The notes beneath the pieces were generated by a model. That model had not been told where the DNA came from, did no database searches, and saw only the letters and a program-made list of their open reading frames with translations. A stretch of DNA of 63,923 bases, the filler included. It is 8 parts of 8 records of this genome, joined end to end, with 100 filler letters (N's around TTAATTAATTAA, not from the genome) between each part and the next. Parts side by side here need not be neighbours in the genome. Positions count along the whole stretch, not along the records: positions 45,199 to 58,032 come from SRR31156797_22695; positions 58,133 to 63,923 come from SRR31156797_22846; 6 more parts are not named here. One strand, 5' to 3'. This document shows, in pieces, positions 50,462 to 60,170 of the stretch; positions within the stretch are counted from its first letter, which is position 1, and each line of letters begins with the position of its first letter. Position numbers and translations under genes: made by a program.

Positions 50462-53185
50462 TTATAAGTTTACTTCTACCACTGCCATCATACCACCACG
50501 TTTGGGATTACTCTTAATTTTATGAGTTCCGTTAAGGGAACGAATTCGACTAAATACATTGTATAAACCCATTCCACTTGAGGTTCCTGCGTTTATAGCT
50601 TTCGAATCGAATCCAATTCCATCGTCAATATAAATTAAGGATAGCAATTTGCCTTCTCTTGCCAGATTAATTTCAATGGTTGAAGCTTTAGCGTGCTTTA
50701 TAGTGTTGTTAATTAGCTCATTTACCACTCTAAAAATAACCACTTCTATCTGATGGTTCAACCTTTCTTCCATATTTTCAGCATAAAAGCTAATATTAAT
50801 GGTTTGGGAAACATTTATTTTATTGGTAAAGGAGCGAATGGCTTTTTCCAGTCCAAAATCATTCAGAATATGTGGACTCAGATTATTTGATATTTCTTTA
50901 ATACTAACCAATGCATCATTTACAGCATCAACAGACGCACGTATAATATTTCGTTTATCTTCAACCGATTTTACTTTGGTTAATGAAGATAAGTAAAGAT
51001 TGATGCTGGATAATAGCGGACCTATAGAATCGTGCAGGTCGGTAGCAAATCTTTTGCGTTCAACTTCTTCGGTTTTAATGACTGCATTTAATATTTTCCG
51101 TTCGGTTTTTTGTCGGATACTAATATCAGTTCCAACGGATAAAATTAGTTTACTTTCGCCAAGTTCGATTAAACTCAAATGAATTTCAACCGGAAAATTA
51201 CTTCCATCTTTTCGTTTCTGAGCCGATTCGAATGAGATGGATGGATTGGAAGAGTTTAACTTTTTACGATAGGTATGAAGCTCCGAACTGGAATGATTCA
51301 TATCAATTTCACTATAGTTGAGTTGTAGTATTTCTTCCTGACTGTATCCCAGCCACTTGCAGGCGGCTGAGTTTGCGTCTATTATAGAGCCGTTTGTGTC
51401 ATAAATCAGAATCTCATCAGAAGCTTGTTCAATTAAGGAGCGCCATCTTTTTTCACTGACTCTTAATTTTTTCTCATCTTTTCGGATTTTTTCTTCCGCA
51501 ACTTTTCGCTGGGTGATATTTACCAGAGTTCCAACCATGTTTAATGGTTTCTTTTGTTCATTGTAATCCAGGATTTTACCTTTAGCTTTAAACCACATCC
51601 AGCTTTTATCTTTGGCACATATCCTAAATTCAATAATAAACAATTCACTCAATCCCAAACGGTTTTGTTTGTCTTTTTGTTTGATGATGATTAAATCTTC
51701 AGGATGGATTAATTTGCACAGCAAATCTTTGGTATTCGATGCAGTTATTGACCTATAACCAAGTTTATCCCAAATGATTTTGCTGATATAGACTTGTCCC
51801 GTTGCAAAATTGTGTTCCCAAACTCCATCCGAATTGGCATCAAGCATCCTCAATAATCTATCGCGACTGCTTTTCAATTCAAGATTGGCCTCTTCCAGAT
51901 TTTCGGTACGTTCTTTCACCAATTCCAAGAGGTTATGCCTATGATGTTCAAGTTCCTTGTTTTGTTTGATGATTTGATCGGTTTGTAATTCTAATTTTTC
52001 GTTGGCAAACATGAGTTCTTTAGTTCTTACAGCAACTCTTCTGTCCAATTCCTCATTGACCTCAATTAGTTTGCGTTCGTTCCGTTCCCGCTTAATTTTC
52101 GAATATCGAAGAATGAAGGCGATAATTACAATAAAGGCTATAATAACCAGTAATGAGGTTTGATATTGACGAACTATTGATGGTGGTTGATGACTGATAT
52201 AACTATTCTCAGGAAGCTGTTTGGGTAGAATTCTGAATCGTTTCATTTGTTCAAAATCGAACTTAAACTGATTGTATCCCGATCTGATTATTGGAACCTG
52301 ATCAACATTTTTACCTTCTAAAATTTTTAAAGTGGATTCAGCAGCAAGCTCACCTTGTTTGAACCCACTTGTCAACATTCCACCAACTATTCCTTCGTTA
52401 AAGTAAAACTCCCAACTACTATAAATCGGCAGGTTAGTAGCTTCTCGTATAATTTCGATATTTTCCTGATAGGAAATAAAATTTCCTTCCTTATCGCGAC
52501 TGAAATTGATAAGGTAAATAATACTTTTCGGATCTAATTGCTTTACTTTTGAAACCAATTCCTCAATTGATAATTTTTCTAGAAAAACCAATTCAACATC
52601 TGTTTTTAAATCCGACCAAAACGATTTAATATTATTACGATTTAATATTGCCGATTGAGTTTGATTATCGTTTATAACAACCAATTGCTTTGTATCCGGA
52701 TGGAGTTTTAAAGCAACCTCTATAGTTTCACGGGAATCAATTTCTTCAGTTACTCCAGTTATCTTATCAATGCCTTTTATTGATTCATTACTGAATTGAT
52801 CTATGCAGCAGAAAATAACAGGAATTCCCTTAAAATAATCGGCATAATAATGCCTAACAAAATCTAAGGCATGGTTATCTGATACTATAATTGCCTCAAA
52901 TTTATTTTTTTGGTGCTTTAGATCGTAAAGTTTGGCAAACTCAGCCAGGTATTCCGGTTGTGAGTGTCGCTTGGTATCCATGTATTCAAAAACCAATTCT
53001 ACATTATCCTCTTGTCCTAAAACAGATTGGATACCTGCACTAACATTATCTGTCCAATTTAATCCCTGATGATAGGAATGCAGAACCAAAACCCTTTGTT
53101 TTCTGGCAGAAGCCGAGAAGCAAAAGAGAACTGAGAAAAATATCAGTAATGCATATTTATGAAATGAGGAAGAAGTAAACTTCAT
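50462..53185 (-). CDS. Sensor histidine kinase: periplasmic solute-binding-like domain, TM, long coiled coil, 2 PAS, HisKA_3 (copy 1)
   Basis: LVLHSYHQG, ERKRFATDLHDSIG, DDGIGF; paralogous to 47257-49806. Confidence 0.92.
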   Translation of the reverse strand: MKFTSSSFHKYALLIFFSVLFCFSASARKQRVLVLHSYHQGLNWTDNVSAGIQSVLGQEDNVELVFEYMDTKRHSQPEYLAEFAKLYDLKHQKNKFEAIIVSDNHALDFVRHYYADYFKGIPVIFCCIDQFSNESIKGIDKITGVTEEIDSRETIEVALKLHPDTKQLVVINDNQTQSAILNRNNIKSFWSDLKTDVELVFLEKLSIEELVSKVKQLDPKSIIYLINFSRDKEGNFISYQENIEIIREATNLPIYSSWEFYFNEGIVGGMLTSGFKQGELAAESTLKILEGKNVDQVPIIRSGYNQFKFDFEQMKRFRILPKQLPENSYISHQPPSIVRQYQTSLLVIIAFIVIIAFILRYSKIKRERNERKLIEVNEELDRRVAVRTKELMFANEKLELQTDQIIKQNKELEHHRHNLLELVKERTENLEEANLELKSSRDRLLRMLDANSDGVWEHNFATGQVYISKIIWDKLGYRSITASNTKDLLCKLIHPEDLIIIKQKDKQNRLGLSELFIIEFRICAKDKSWMWFKAKGKILDYNEQKKPLNMVGTLVNITQRKVAEEKIRKDEKKLRVSEKRWRSLIEQASDEILIYDTNGSIIDANSAACKWLGYSQEEILQLNYSEIDMNHSSSELHTYRKKLNSSNPSISFESAQKRKDGSNFPVEIHLSLIELGESKLILSVGTDISIRQKTERKILNAVIKTEEVERKRFATDLHDSIGPLLSSINLYLSSLTKVKSVEDKRNIIRASVDAVNDALVSIKEISNNLSPHILNDFGLEKAIRSFTNKINVSQTINISFYAENMEERLNHQIEVVIFRVVNELINNTIKHAKASTIEINLAREGKLLSLIYIDDGIGFDSKAINAGTSSGMGLYNVFSRIRSLNGTHKIKSNPKRGGMMAVVEVNL

Positions 53186-53375
53186 TTTTGATTTTTTACA
53201 GTCCAAAATTTATTAGCCAGATGAACGATTGTAAGGTACAAAGCCTAAGTGTGATTTACTATGCTGTAAAATACCCATTTTTGAGAATGTAAAATGTAGA
53301 CTAATACGAATATTTATTATTCATAAAAAATGTTTTTGTATTTTTGATCTCACCATAACAAAACTAACCCACTTC

Positions 53376-54101
53376 ATGAAAAATCTACTTACCCGCTTTT
53401 CTAAAAGCTCAAAACTTTTCGACTTCCTGTTAATTTTTATTGGAATAACACTATCCATGCAATTCAACAATTGGAATGAAGAACGAAAACTAAAACAAAT
53501 GGAGATTGAACTAATTAGTGATCTTTATTTGGATGTACTGCAAGATTCTATAGAATTAAATAATTGTGTGGTTAATCATCAAAAATACTTTATAGATCCT
53601 ATTAGTCTCCTTGATACTAGTTTGAAAGCGGTAGAGCCAATTGATTACAGTAAGCTTGCAAAGCCTCTCAAAATTACAATAGGAGGCAATTATATGTCAA
53701 TGAATATGGGGGCATATGAGTGTTTTAAACATCAAGGAATTTCGCTGATGAAGAATAGTCAATTGAAAATTAAACTGTTTGAATATTACGAAGCTGGACT
53801 AAACTGGATAAAATCCAATCAAAAAGCTCAGGATGATTTTGGAGACGATTATATGATTCCTTTATGTGTGAAATATGCAGACAGTAAGTTGTTATTGCCT
53901 TTTGATAGTTACATAAAAATGAGAAAAGATGAAAAGGCTAAATTGTTAATATCTTTTTGGCTTGGAACTTACGAGAAGAATATGCAACTCCATAAGGATT
54001 TAATTCCATTATTAAATGATTTAAAGCAAGAAATGGAAAAAGAACTTATAAGGAATGGCTTAGAACCAAAGAATATACTTAGGCAATCTAAAGAATCCTA
54101 A
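53376..54101 (+). CDS. Hypothetical protein with N-terminal TM helix (DUF6090-like)
   Basis: LIFIGITLSMQFNNWNEERK pattern. Confidence 0.6.
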   Translation: MKNLLTRFSKSSKLFDFLLIFIGITLSMQFNNWNEERKLKQMEIELISDLYLDVLQDSIELNNCVVNHQKYFIDPISLLDTSLKAVEPIDYSKLAKPLKITIGGNYMSMNMGAYECFKHQGISLMKNSQLKIKLFEYYEAGLNWIKSNQKAQDDFGDDYMIPLCVKYADSKLLLPFDSYIKMRKDEKAKLLISFWLGTYEKNMQLHKDLIPLLNDLKQEMEKELIRNGLEPKNILRQSKES

Positions 54102-54137
54102 AAAAAAGGCTGAATCGAATTTGATTCAGCCTTTTTT
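54101..54137. terminator. Bidirectional intrinsic terminator
   Basis: aaaaaaaggctgaatc-gaattt-gattcagcctttttt between convergent genes. Confidence 0.85.
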
Positions 54138-54160
54138 ATAATTTATAAGATGAAGTAAGC

Positions 54161-55801
54161 TTACAGTCCTAATACTGTAGTTCCTTGCTTAAACACAACA
54201 TCTTTTGGAATACCAGCTTCGTTTACACGATCTAAATCTTTTTGAAGATCTTCACGAATAAAACCTCTTTCAGCAATCATTTGCTGAGCAGCTTCATAAT
54301 TTCCGTCACCTTGAATGATTAAGATTTGTTTTCCTAATTCGTTCATAGCTGCTTTCATTTTTTCGAAATCAACTTTGTAAGTTCTAGTTTCAGGATTTCT
54401 AGTAAAAGCACCTTGCTCTTCGAAGAAATAGAAACGCATCATGTTTGCTTTACCATGAGCACTTGCAGCACCAAAACGAACCGAACGGAAAATACCAGCC
54501 ATAAAGGTTACGTAATTGTCCATTAATTTGTCTTTGTCCATTTCACCCCACTCAGCCATTTGAGTGATCATGTATAAACCTAAAATATCAGCTTTACCTT
54601 CTTCAATAGAAGTATAAGTATCTTTAAGAGCTTTGCGAACGCTTACCTTATCTTTTAAGGTATAATTGATACCTAAACCATGAGCAACTTCGTGGAACAT
54701 TACATTCTCGAAGAAAGCATCAAAAGTTACATTTTTACGTTGGCTCTCGTCCATTAAAAGATCCGAAATAGGAAGTAAAATCTTATCGAATTTCGCCTTC
54801 ATTGCATTTTTCAACTGTAGCTTTCTACTACCTTTTGCAGCATGTACACGAGGATCATTTGGAAGATTGATTGCAATGTTCTTACTACCAGCGTTACAGT
54901 CGCCAGCATAGTAAATTACATCGTAGGCATTCATATCCGCGTTAGCGTTAGCTTTCTCAGCTTTATATTCTGCAGGAACAGGAAGACCTTCTTGCAGACG
55001 AGGAAGAAGAGAAGCAAATTTTGACAATTTTTCACTCCAAACTTTATCTTTTACCAAAATCTGACCAGAGTGAGATGCTTTGTAACCGTAAAGAGCATCT
55101 TCGTAAGTCTCGATAGGACCAACTACAAAATCAATCGTATTGCTTTTCATGTCCATCCAAGCTAAATCAGAAGCCAAATAGTCATCAGTTAATAACGCTT
55201 CAGCTCTTAGCTCTAAATACTTCTTTAAACCTTCATCTTCAGCTAATGTAGCCGCTTTTTTTAGTAGATCAGATGCTTTTTTAATTTCTTCAGGATAAAC
55301 TTCGTGGTAGGCAGCAACTCTTAATTTTCCATCAGCATCGCGTACAATTTTAGTGTACCAGTCAGTTTTCATTTCATCCTCAATAGCATCAAACTCTTCA
55401 GGAGTCATATCGCCAGGATAGAAATTTGCTCCCTTAGGTTTTGCATTAAAACCATCAAGAAATGCTTTGTTATCATTTAATCTGTCCCAAGGACCATAGT
55501 TAATTTTAGAATAAGCTACGGCAGCAGGATCACTTAAAGTTGCAAGAAATTCAGTTTTATCACCAATTGCATCCTTCCAGAACAATTCTTCCATGATATC
55601 AGCAACCTCAATTAAAATAGGAAGCATTTGCTTCTCTTTCTCAGTCAAAAGGTTCATGTCAGTAGTCAGTTCGAATTCAGCATATTGATCAACCAATTTC
55701 TGAGTTGGAGAAACTACTACTTCTTTTTTTACTTTTTGATTACAAGATGCTAAACCAATAATAAGGCTTAACAACAAAGTAATTGATGCGATTTTTTTCA
55801 T
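54161..55801 (-). CDS. Dipeptidyl-peptidase III-like (M49) zinc hydrolase lipoprotein
   Basis: Lipobox LASC; AINLPND, HEVAH (HEXXH), EEGKAD. Confidence 0.85.
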   Translation of the reverse strand: MKKIASITLLLSLIIGLASCNQKVKKEVVVSPTQKLVDQYAEFELTTDMNLLTEKEKQMLPILIEVADIMEELFWKDAIGDKTEFLATLSDPAAVAYSKINYGPWDRLNDNKAFLDGFNAKPKGANFYPGDMTPEEFDAIEDEMKTDWYTKIVRDADGKLRVAAYHEVYPEEIKKASDLLKKAATLAEDEGLKKYLELRAEALLTDDYLASDLAWMDMKSNTIDFVVGPIETYEDALYGYKASHSGQILVKDKVWSEKLSKFASLLPRLQEGLPVPAEYKAEKANANADMNAYDVIYYAGDCNAGSKNIAINLPNDPRVHAAKGSRKLQLKNAMKAKFDKILLPISDLLMDESQRKNVTFDAFFENVMFHEVAHGLGINYTLKDKVSVRKALKDTYTSIEEGKADILGLYMITQMAEWGEMDKDKLMDNYVTFMAGIFRSVRFGAASAHGKANMMRFYFFEEQGAFTRNPETRTYKVDFEKMKAAMNELGKQILIIQGDGNYEAAQQMIAERGFIREDLQKDLDRVNEAGIPKDVVFKQGTTVLGL

Positions 55802-55988
55802 TATTACAATGATATTTAGTTAGAAAATGTTGTTTGGTATTTGAATAACGCTAAAGTCATTCGATTATTTTTTACCTTGTGTGATCTTTCAAAACATTCA
55901 AAAATACATGCAAAGAATTGCATTATCAAGATATATGTACCTAAAGCATATTGTTTTGATTTTGTTTAAACAACAAACAAGCTAAAAA

Positions 55989-57182
55989 ATGAAATTAAGG
56001 ACTTTACTAATTGCTATGCTTGTGACTGGTATGATATTACCGGTTGAGGCTAAAAAGAAAGAGGAGAAAGAAAAATCTTATCAGTTTACCATAGAAAAAC
56101 AATTAGCTGTAACGCCAGTTAAAAATCAACATCGTTCAGGAACTTGTTGGGCTCATGGTACTATTTCATTTTTAGAATCGGAACTATTACGTCTTGGAAA
56201 AGGGGAGTTCGATTTGTCTGAAATGTTTATTGTGAATAGAAATTATCACATGCGTGCAAAGGACTATGTGCGTTTTCATGGAACAAAAAAAATTTCCGGC
56301 GGTGCTGAAGGCTGGGATGTATTAAATGTTATTCGCGAGTTTGGAATAACACCTCAAGATAAATACACGGGCAATACCATTGGCGAAAGCATGCCGGTGC
56401 ATGGTGAAATGGATGCTGTATTAAAAGCCTATGTGAATGCGGTTGTCAAGAACAGAAATAAAAAAATGACACCGGTTTGGATGAAGGGATTTGATGGAAT
56501 TCTGGATGCTTACTTAGGAGATATTCCTGAATCATTTACCTATGAAGGAGTAGAATATACGCCAAAATCATTTACTAAATACCTTGATTTATCGATGGAT
56601 GATTACGTAAGCATAGGATCGTATACGCATCATCCTTTTTATGAATCATTCATTTTCGAAGGGGCGGATAATTGGTCTTTAGGTAAGATTTATAATGTTC
56701 CTCTGGATGATATGATGACGATTATTGACAAGGCAATTGACAATGGTTATTCGATGGCTTGGGTGAGTGATGTAAGCGATCCAGGCTTTTCACATCAAAA
56801 AGGAGTTTCGGTGGTTCCCGATACCGATTTTGAAAATATGGACGATTTAGAAATTTCCAAATGGGAAAGCATGAGTAAGGATGAAAAATCAACCTATGGA
56901 TTGGATTTTCCAGTTCCGGAAAAAGTAATTACACAAGAAATGCGTCAACTTGCTTTCGATAACTATGAAACAACAGAAGATCATTTAATGCATTTAGTTG
57001 GAACAGCAAAAGATCAGAATGGAAGGAAGTATTATCTGATTAAGAATTCGTGGGGAACCGATAGAAATGAATATGGAGGATTTTTTTACGCATCAGAAGC
57101 ATGGGTAAAATACAAGAGTCTCTCTATAATGCTACATAAGGATGCTATTCCAGCTGAGATAAAGAAGAAGTTAGGGATGTAA
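55989..57182 (+). CDS. C1-family cysteine aminopeptidase (PepC/bleomycin-hydrolase-like), secreted
   Basis: Signal peptide; QHRSGTCW, DHLMH, KNSWG. Confidence 0.9.
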   Translation: MKLRTLLIAMLVTGMILPVEAKKKEEKEKSYQFTIEKQLAVTPVKNQHRSGTCWAHGTISFLESELLRLGKGEFDLSEMFIVNRNYHMRAKDYVRFHGTKKISGGAEGWDVLNVIREFGITPQDKYTGNTIGESMPVHGEMDAVLKAYVNAVVKNRNKKMTPVWMKGFDGILDAYLGDIPESFTYEGVEYTPKSFTKYLDLSMDDYVSIGSYTHHPFYESFIFEGADNWSLGKIYNVPLDDMMTIIDKAIDNGYSMAWVSDVSDPGFSHQKGVSVVPDTDFENMDDLEISKWESMSKDEKSTYGLDFPVPEKVITQEMRQLAFDNYETTEDHLMHLVGTAKDQNGRKYYLIKNSWGTDRNEYGGFFYASEAWVKYKSLSIMLHKDAIPAEIKKKLGM

Positions 57183-57202
57183 GAAATTGAAATAAATATG
57201 CT

Positions 57203-57313
57203 AATGCGTTTCATTAATGGAATGCATTTTTTTGTTGTTATTAAAAACAAAAACACCTCCTCCCGCGTGGGAAGGAGGTGAAAAAAAAGTTTTGGAAAGT
57301 AACTTCCCAAAAC
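57203..57313. terminator. Terminator and hairpin cluster between the convergent peptidase and SulP genes
   Basis: aatgcgtttcat/atggaatgcatt plus U-run; cacctcc..ggaggtg; gttttgg..ccaaaac. Confidence 0.55.
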
Positions 57314-57327
57314 AAATATCTTGAGTA

Positions 57328-58032
57328 TTACTCGATTTTTACTTTATCAGTTACAACATAGTAACGTGGATCGTCAATATCACGAATAATAACCGTTCTA
57401 AAGTGATCGTCGGCAGTTTGCAACAATTTAATACAATCCTCGCTTAAATGCTTCAATTTAATGGTTTTTCCTGCACTTTCATATTTTTGAACCAAATTAC
57501 TGATGGCTTCAATTCCTGAATGATCAGATACTCTTGATTCGATAAAATCAATTTCCACTGATTTTGGATCATTTTCAACATCAAATTTATTCATGAAAGT
57601 GGTAATTGATCCAAAGAAAAGCGGTCCCCAAATTTCATAAACTTTAGTACCATCAGGTTTCTCAGATTTTCGTGCACGAATTTTACGAGCATTTTCCCAT
57701 GAGAAAACAAGAGCACTTACAATAACCCCTACCAACACGGCAATTGCCAAATCGAATATCACAGTTAATGAAGACACCAAAATCAATACAAAGGCATCGG
57801 CTTTTGGTATCTTGTGAAGTATGCGAAAACTCGACCATGCAAATGTTCCAATAACTACCATAAACATTACACCAACTAAGGCTGCAATCGGTACCATTTC
57901 GATTAATGGAGATGCGAATAGGATAAATGCCAATAAGGTAAGTGCAGCAATTATACCTGATAATCTTCCACGACCACCTGATTTCACGTTGATAAGAGAT
58001 TGTCCAATCATTGCACAACCACCCATTCCACC
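57328..58032 (-). CDS. SulP-family inorganic anion transporter with STAS domain, 3' fragment
   Basis: GGCAMIGQS, SGGRGRLSG, GPLFFGS, STAS-like C-terminus. Confidence 0.92.
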   Translation of the reverse strand, partial: GGMGGCAMIGQSLINVKSGGRGRLSGIIAALTLLAFILFASPLIEMVPIAALVGVMFMVVIGTFAWSSFRILHKIPKADAFVLILVSSLTVIFDLAIAVLVGVIVSALVFSWENARKIRARKSEKPDGTKVYEIWGPLFFGSITTFMNKFDVENDPKSVEIDFIESRVSDHSGIEAISNLVQKYESAGKTIKLKHLSEDCIKLLQTADDHFRTVIIRDIDDPRYYVVTDKVKIE

Positions 58033-58132
58033 NNNNNNNNNNNNNNNNNNNNNNNNNNNNNNNNNNNNNNNNNNNNTTAATTAATTAANNNNNNNNNNNN
58101 NNNNNNNNNNNNNNNNNNNNNNNNNNNNNNNN
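58033..58132. other. Artificial contig-joining spacer
   Basis: N-run with TTAATTAATTAA. Confidence 0.98.
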
Positions 58133-58133
58133 G

Positions 58134-58334
58134 ATCACCCTTGCCCTGGAGGGACGCTTTGAGGTGTTCACGGTCGGCGCTTCACCGCAATGGGACAAGG
58201 TCCGCGAAATCTATCGCCTGGGCCTCAAACACGGCATGCAGCTGGCGGCCATTTCCGGTATCGAAGGCATCTACAGCGAAGAAGAGATTGTCAGGATCAG
58301 GGAACTGGCCGTCAAGGAGCGCAATCGGGCATGA
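58134..58334 (+). CDS. C-terminal fragment of an acyl-ACP-reductase-like dehydrogenase
   Basis: Manual translation ITLALEGRFEVFTVGASPQWDKVREIYRLGLKHGMQLAAISG...RNRA*; the LALEG..F..G..KV.EI...G.KHG pattern resembles AAR-like C-termini. Not in the ORF track. Confidence 0.6.
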   Translation: MTLALEGRFEVFTVGASPQWDKVREIYRLGLKHGMQLAAISGIEGIYSEEEIVRIRELAVKERNRA

Positions 58335-58376
58335 TTTTTAAGACGCGGCGAAATTTCAACAGGAGCGCGAGCGAGC

Positions 58377-60128
58377 ATGATCTTCAAGAAGTGGCGGAAT
58401 CTGAGCAGTAGTGTAGTGCGCTATTTGGTGAACGATGGACCGGCCCATTTGATTAACGGCAGCTATAACGCCTACAGCACGTTTTATCGCGGACAGCTCA
58501 GTTTGGGGCTTCCGGTGTCCAAGGAACTGCTCGTCAACCAGGAGGAAATAAAGACGCGGGCCGTGCAAAAATTGGCCTTGGTGCTCTACCACATGTTTTT
58601 AAATGCAGCCGGTTTGCAGATCGCCAGGGATGAGATCAAAACGGTTATCTACGATGAACTCAAAAAAGGACGCCTGCACCTCACTGAAAATGTTATTTTA
58701 CTCACCGAAGATGAATTGAACTATCTTTGTTTGAAGCGATTCAAGATCCCCAAGAAACACTTGAAAGGTGTTTCGGAACTAGGTCGACGACGCCGGATTT
58801 TAAGGGAGGCCGTGCGGGCCAATCCGATCCCCATCTATTTTGAAAATGAAATCGAAGAGAAAGAACAAAACGGGCGGGGTGACTACGAAATCGTCCACTA
58901 TCGAAACTTTACCGATGAGGGGAACGCTATCGGTTTTCGGCGAATCATCAGTATGGAGGGCGTTACTGCAGGCGACGATCGACCGGCTGTGGTTTTGGTC
59001 CCGGGTTTTGCCAACAGCAGCAATTGCTTTAACATAAACAATCGCTATTCACTGGCGAAAGATATGGCCGACAAAAATGTGTGGGCCTATCTTTTTGATT
59101 CAAGGGGCGTGGGGGTCAATGCAGGTCGTTTTGACCCGCTCTGCACCGTGGACACCATGAGCGACTATGATCTGCCCACCTTGACGCGCTTTGTTTATAA
59201 ACGCAGCCACGGTAAGCCCTCCTTTTTACTGGGCCACAGCATGGGAGGCCTTGTTTCAGAGAACATGATTCTCAACTGGTCCCTGGCACGTCAGCTGGAC
59301 AACATCGATAGTATCGATCAAGGACAAAGGGAGATCCTGGCGAAATCCCTACCGACACCGGATGAAGCCGGAAAATATCTCAAAATGGTGCGTTGCGTCA
59401 TCTCACTGGCTTCTCCTAAATTTTTCCACAAAAATTCCCATATCTTTTTTCCGGTCTCTTTGTGGCTCAATCATCTTTCCCGGGTGTTTCGCTTCCAGAA
59501 GGTGCCGATTAAGGAGGTGTCCAATTTATTTACTGAAATGCCGGTTTTAAAACAGATCTCCCGCTTTGTCTGGCAGCACAATGTGGGTGATTTGAATTTC
59601 CTTATTTCGCCGGAAAATCATAAAGACGACAAGCGCTTTGTAGAGCTCTATTTTAGGGAAGCCATGGAGTCGATCCCTTTGGGGCTTGGATTCCAATGTT
59701 TAAAAGCGATCTATAACGGAGAGGGCTTTAAACGAATGGATGGTAGCGGACTTAACTATTCCGAATGCTTGGCCTGCTTTCCGGAAACTATTCCTGTCTT
59801 TCACTTTTGGGGAACCCGGGACGACCTGGTGCCGCTGGAAAATATGCGCTACAGCAGGCACTATCCCCACAAGATCAAAAAAGTCTACCACATCAAATCC
59901 CCCGGGGATCTGCGAAAAATTAGTATCTCTGAGGAATGCAGCCAGTTGGTCGATTTTGTCATCGAGGGGGCGAATCATCTGGATCTTTTATACGGTAAGG
60001 TGGCCGATGAAGTTGTAACCCCCCTTTTGATGCAAATTGTTGAAAGCGTATGGGGGGATTGGACGTACGATTCTTCCTGTGAGGAGACAGGCCGGAACGA
60101 GAGGCTGAAGGGGCAGGAGAATGCATAG
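58377..60128 (+). CDS. Alpha/beta-hydrolase (lipase/acyltransferase-like) with N-terminal extension
   Basis: VLVPGF oxyanion loop, GHSMGG nucleophile, GTRDDLVP Asp, ANHLDLLYG His. Confidence 0.85.
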   Translation: MIFKKWRNLSSSVVRYLVNDGPAHLINGSYNAYSTFYRGQLSLGLPVSKELLVNQEEIKTRAVQKLALVLYHMFLNAAGLQIARDEIKTVIYDELKKGRLHLTENVILLTEDELNYLCLKRFKIPKKHLKGVSELGRRRRILREAVRANPIPIYFENEIEEKEQNGRGDYEIVHYRNFTDEGNAIGFRRIISMEGVTAGDDRPAVVLVPGFANSSNCFNINNRYSLAKDMADKNVWAYLFDSRGVGVNAGRFDPLCTVDTMSDYDLPTLTRFVYKRSHGKPSFLLGHSMGGLVSENMILNWSLARQLDNIDSIDQGQREILAKSLPTPDEAGKYLKMVRCVISLASPKFFHKNSHIFFPVSLWLNHLSRVFRFQKVPIKEVSNLFTEMPVLKQISRFVWQHNVGDLNFLISPENHKDDKRFVELYFREAMESIPLGLGFQCLKAIYNGEGFKRMDGSGLNYSECLACFPETIPVFHFWGTRDDLVPLENMRYSRHYPHKIKKVYHIKSPGDLRKISISEECSQLVDFVIEGANHLDLLYGKVADEVVTPLLMQIVESVWGDWTYDSSCEETGRNERLKGQENA

Positions 60129-60170
60129 CGTTAATTTTTAAACCGGATCGGTTTGTACAAGGAGAAACGA

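Noticed and set aside
6276-58132. Seven recurring TTAATTAATTAA motifs in N-runs
   Set aside because: Artificial contig linkers, not biological repeats. ORFs running into them are truncated, and cross-spacer gene associations are meaningless.
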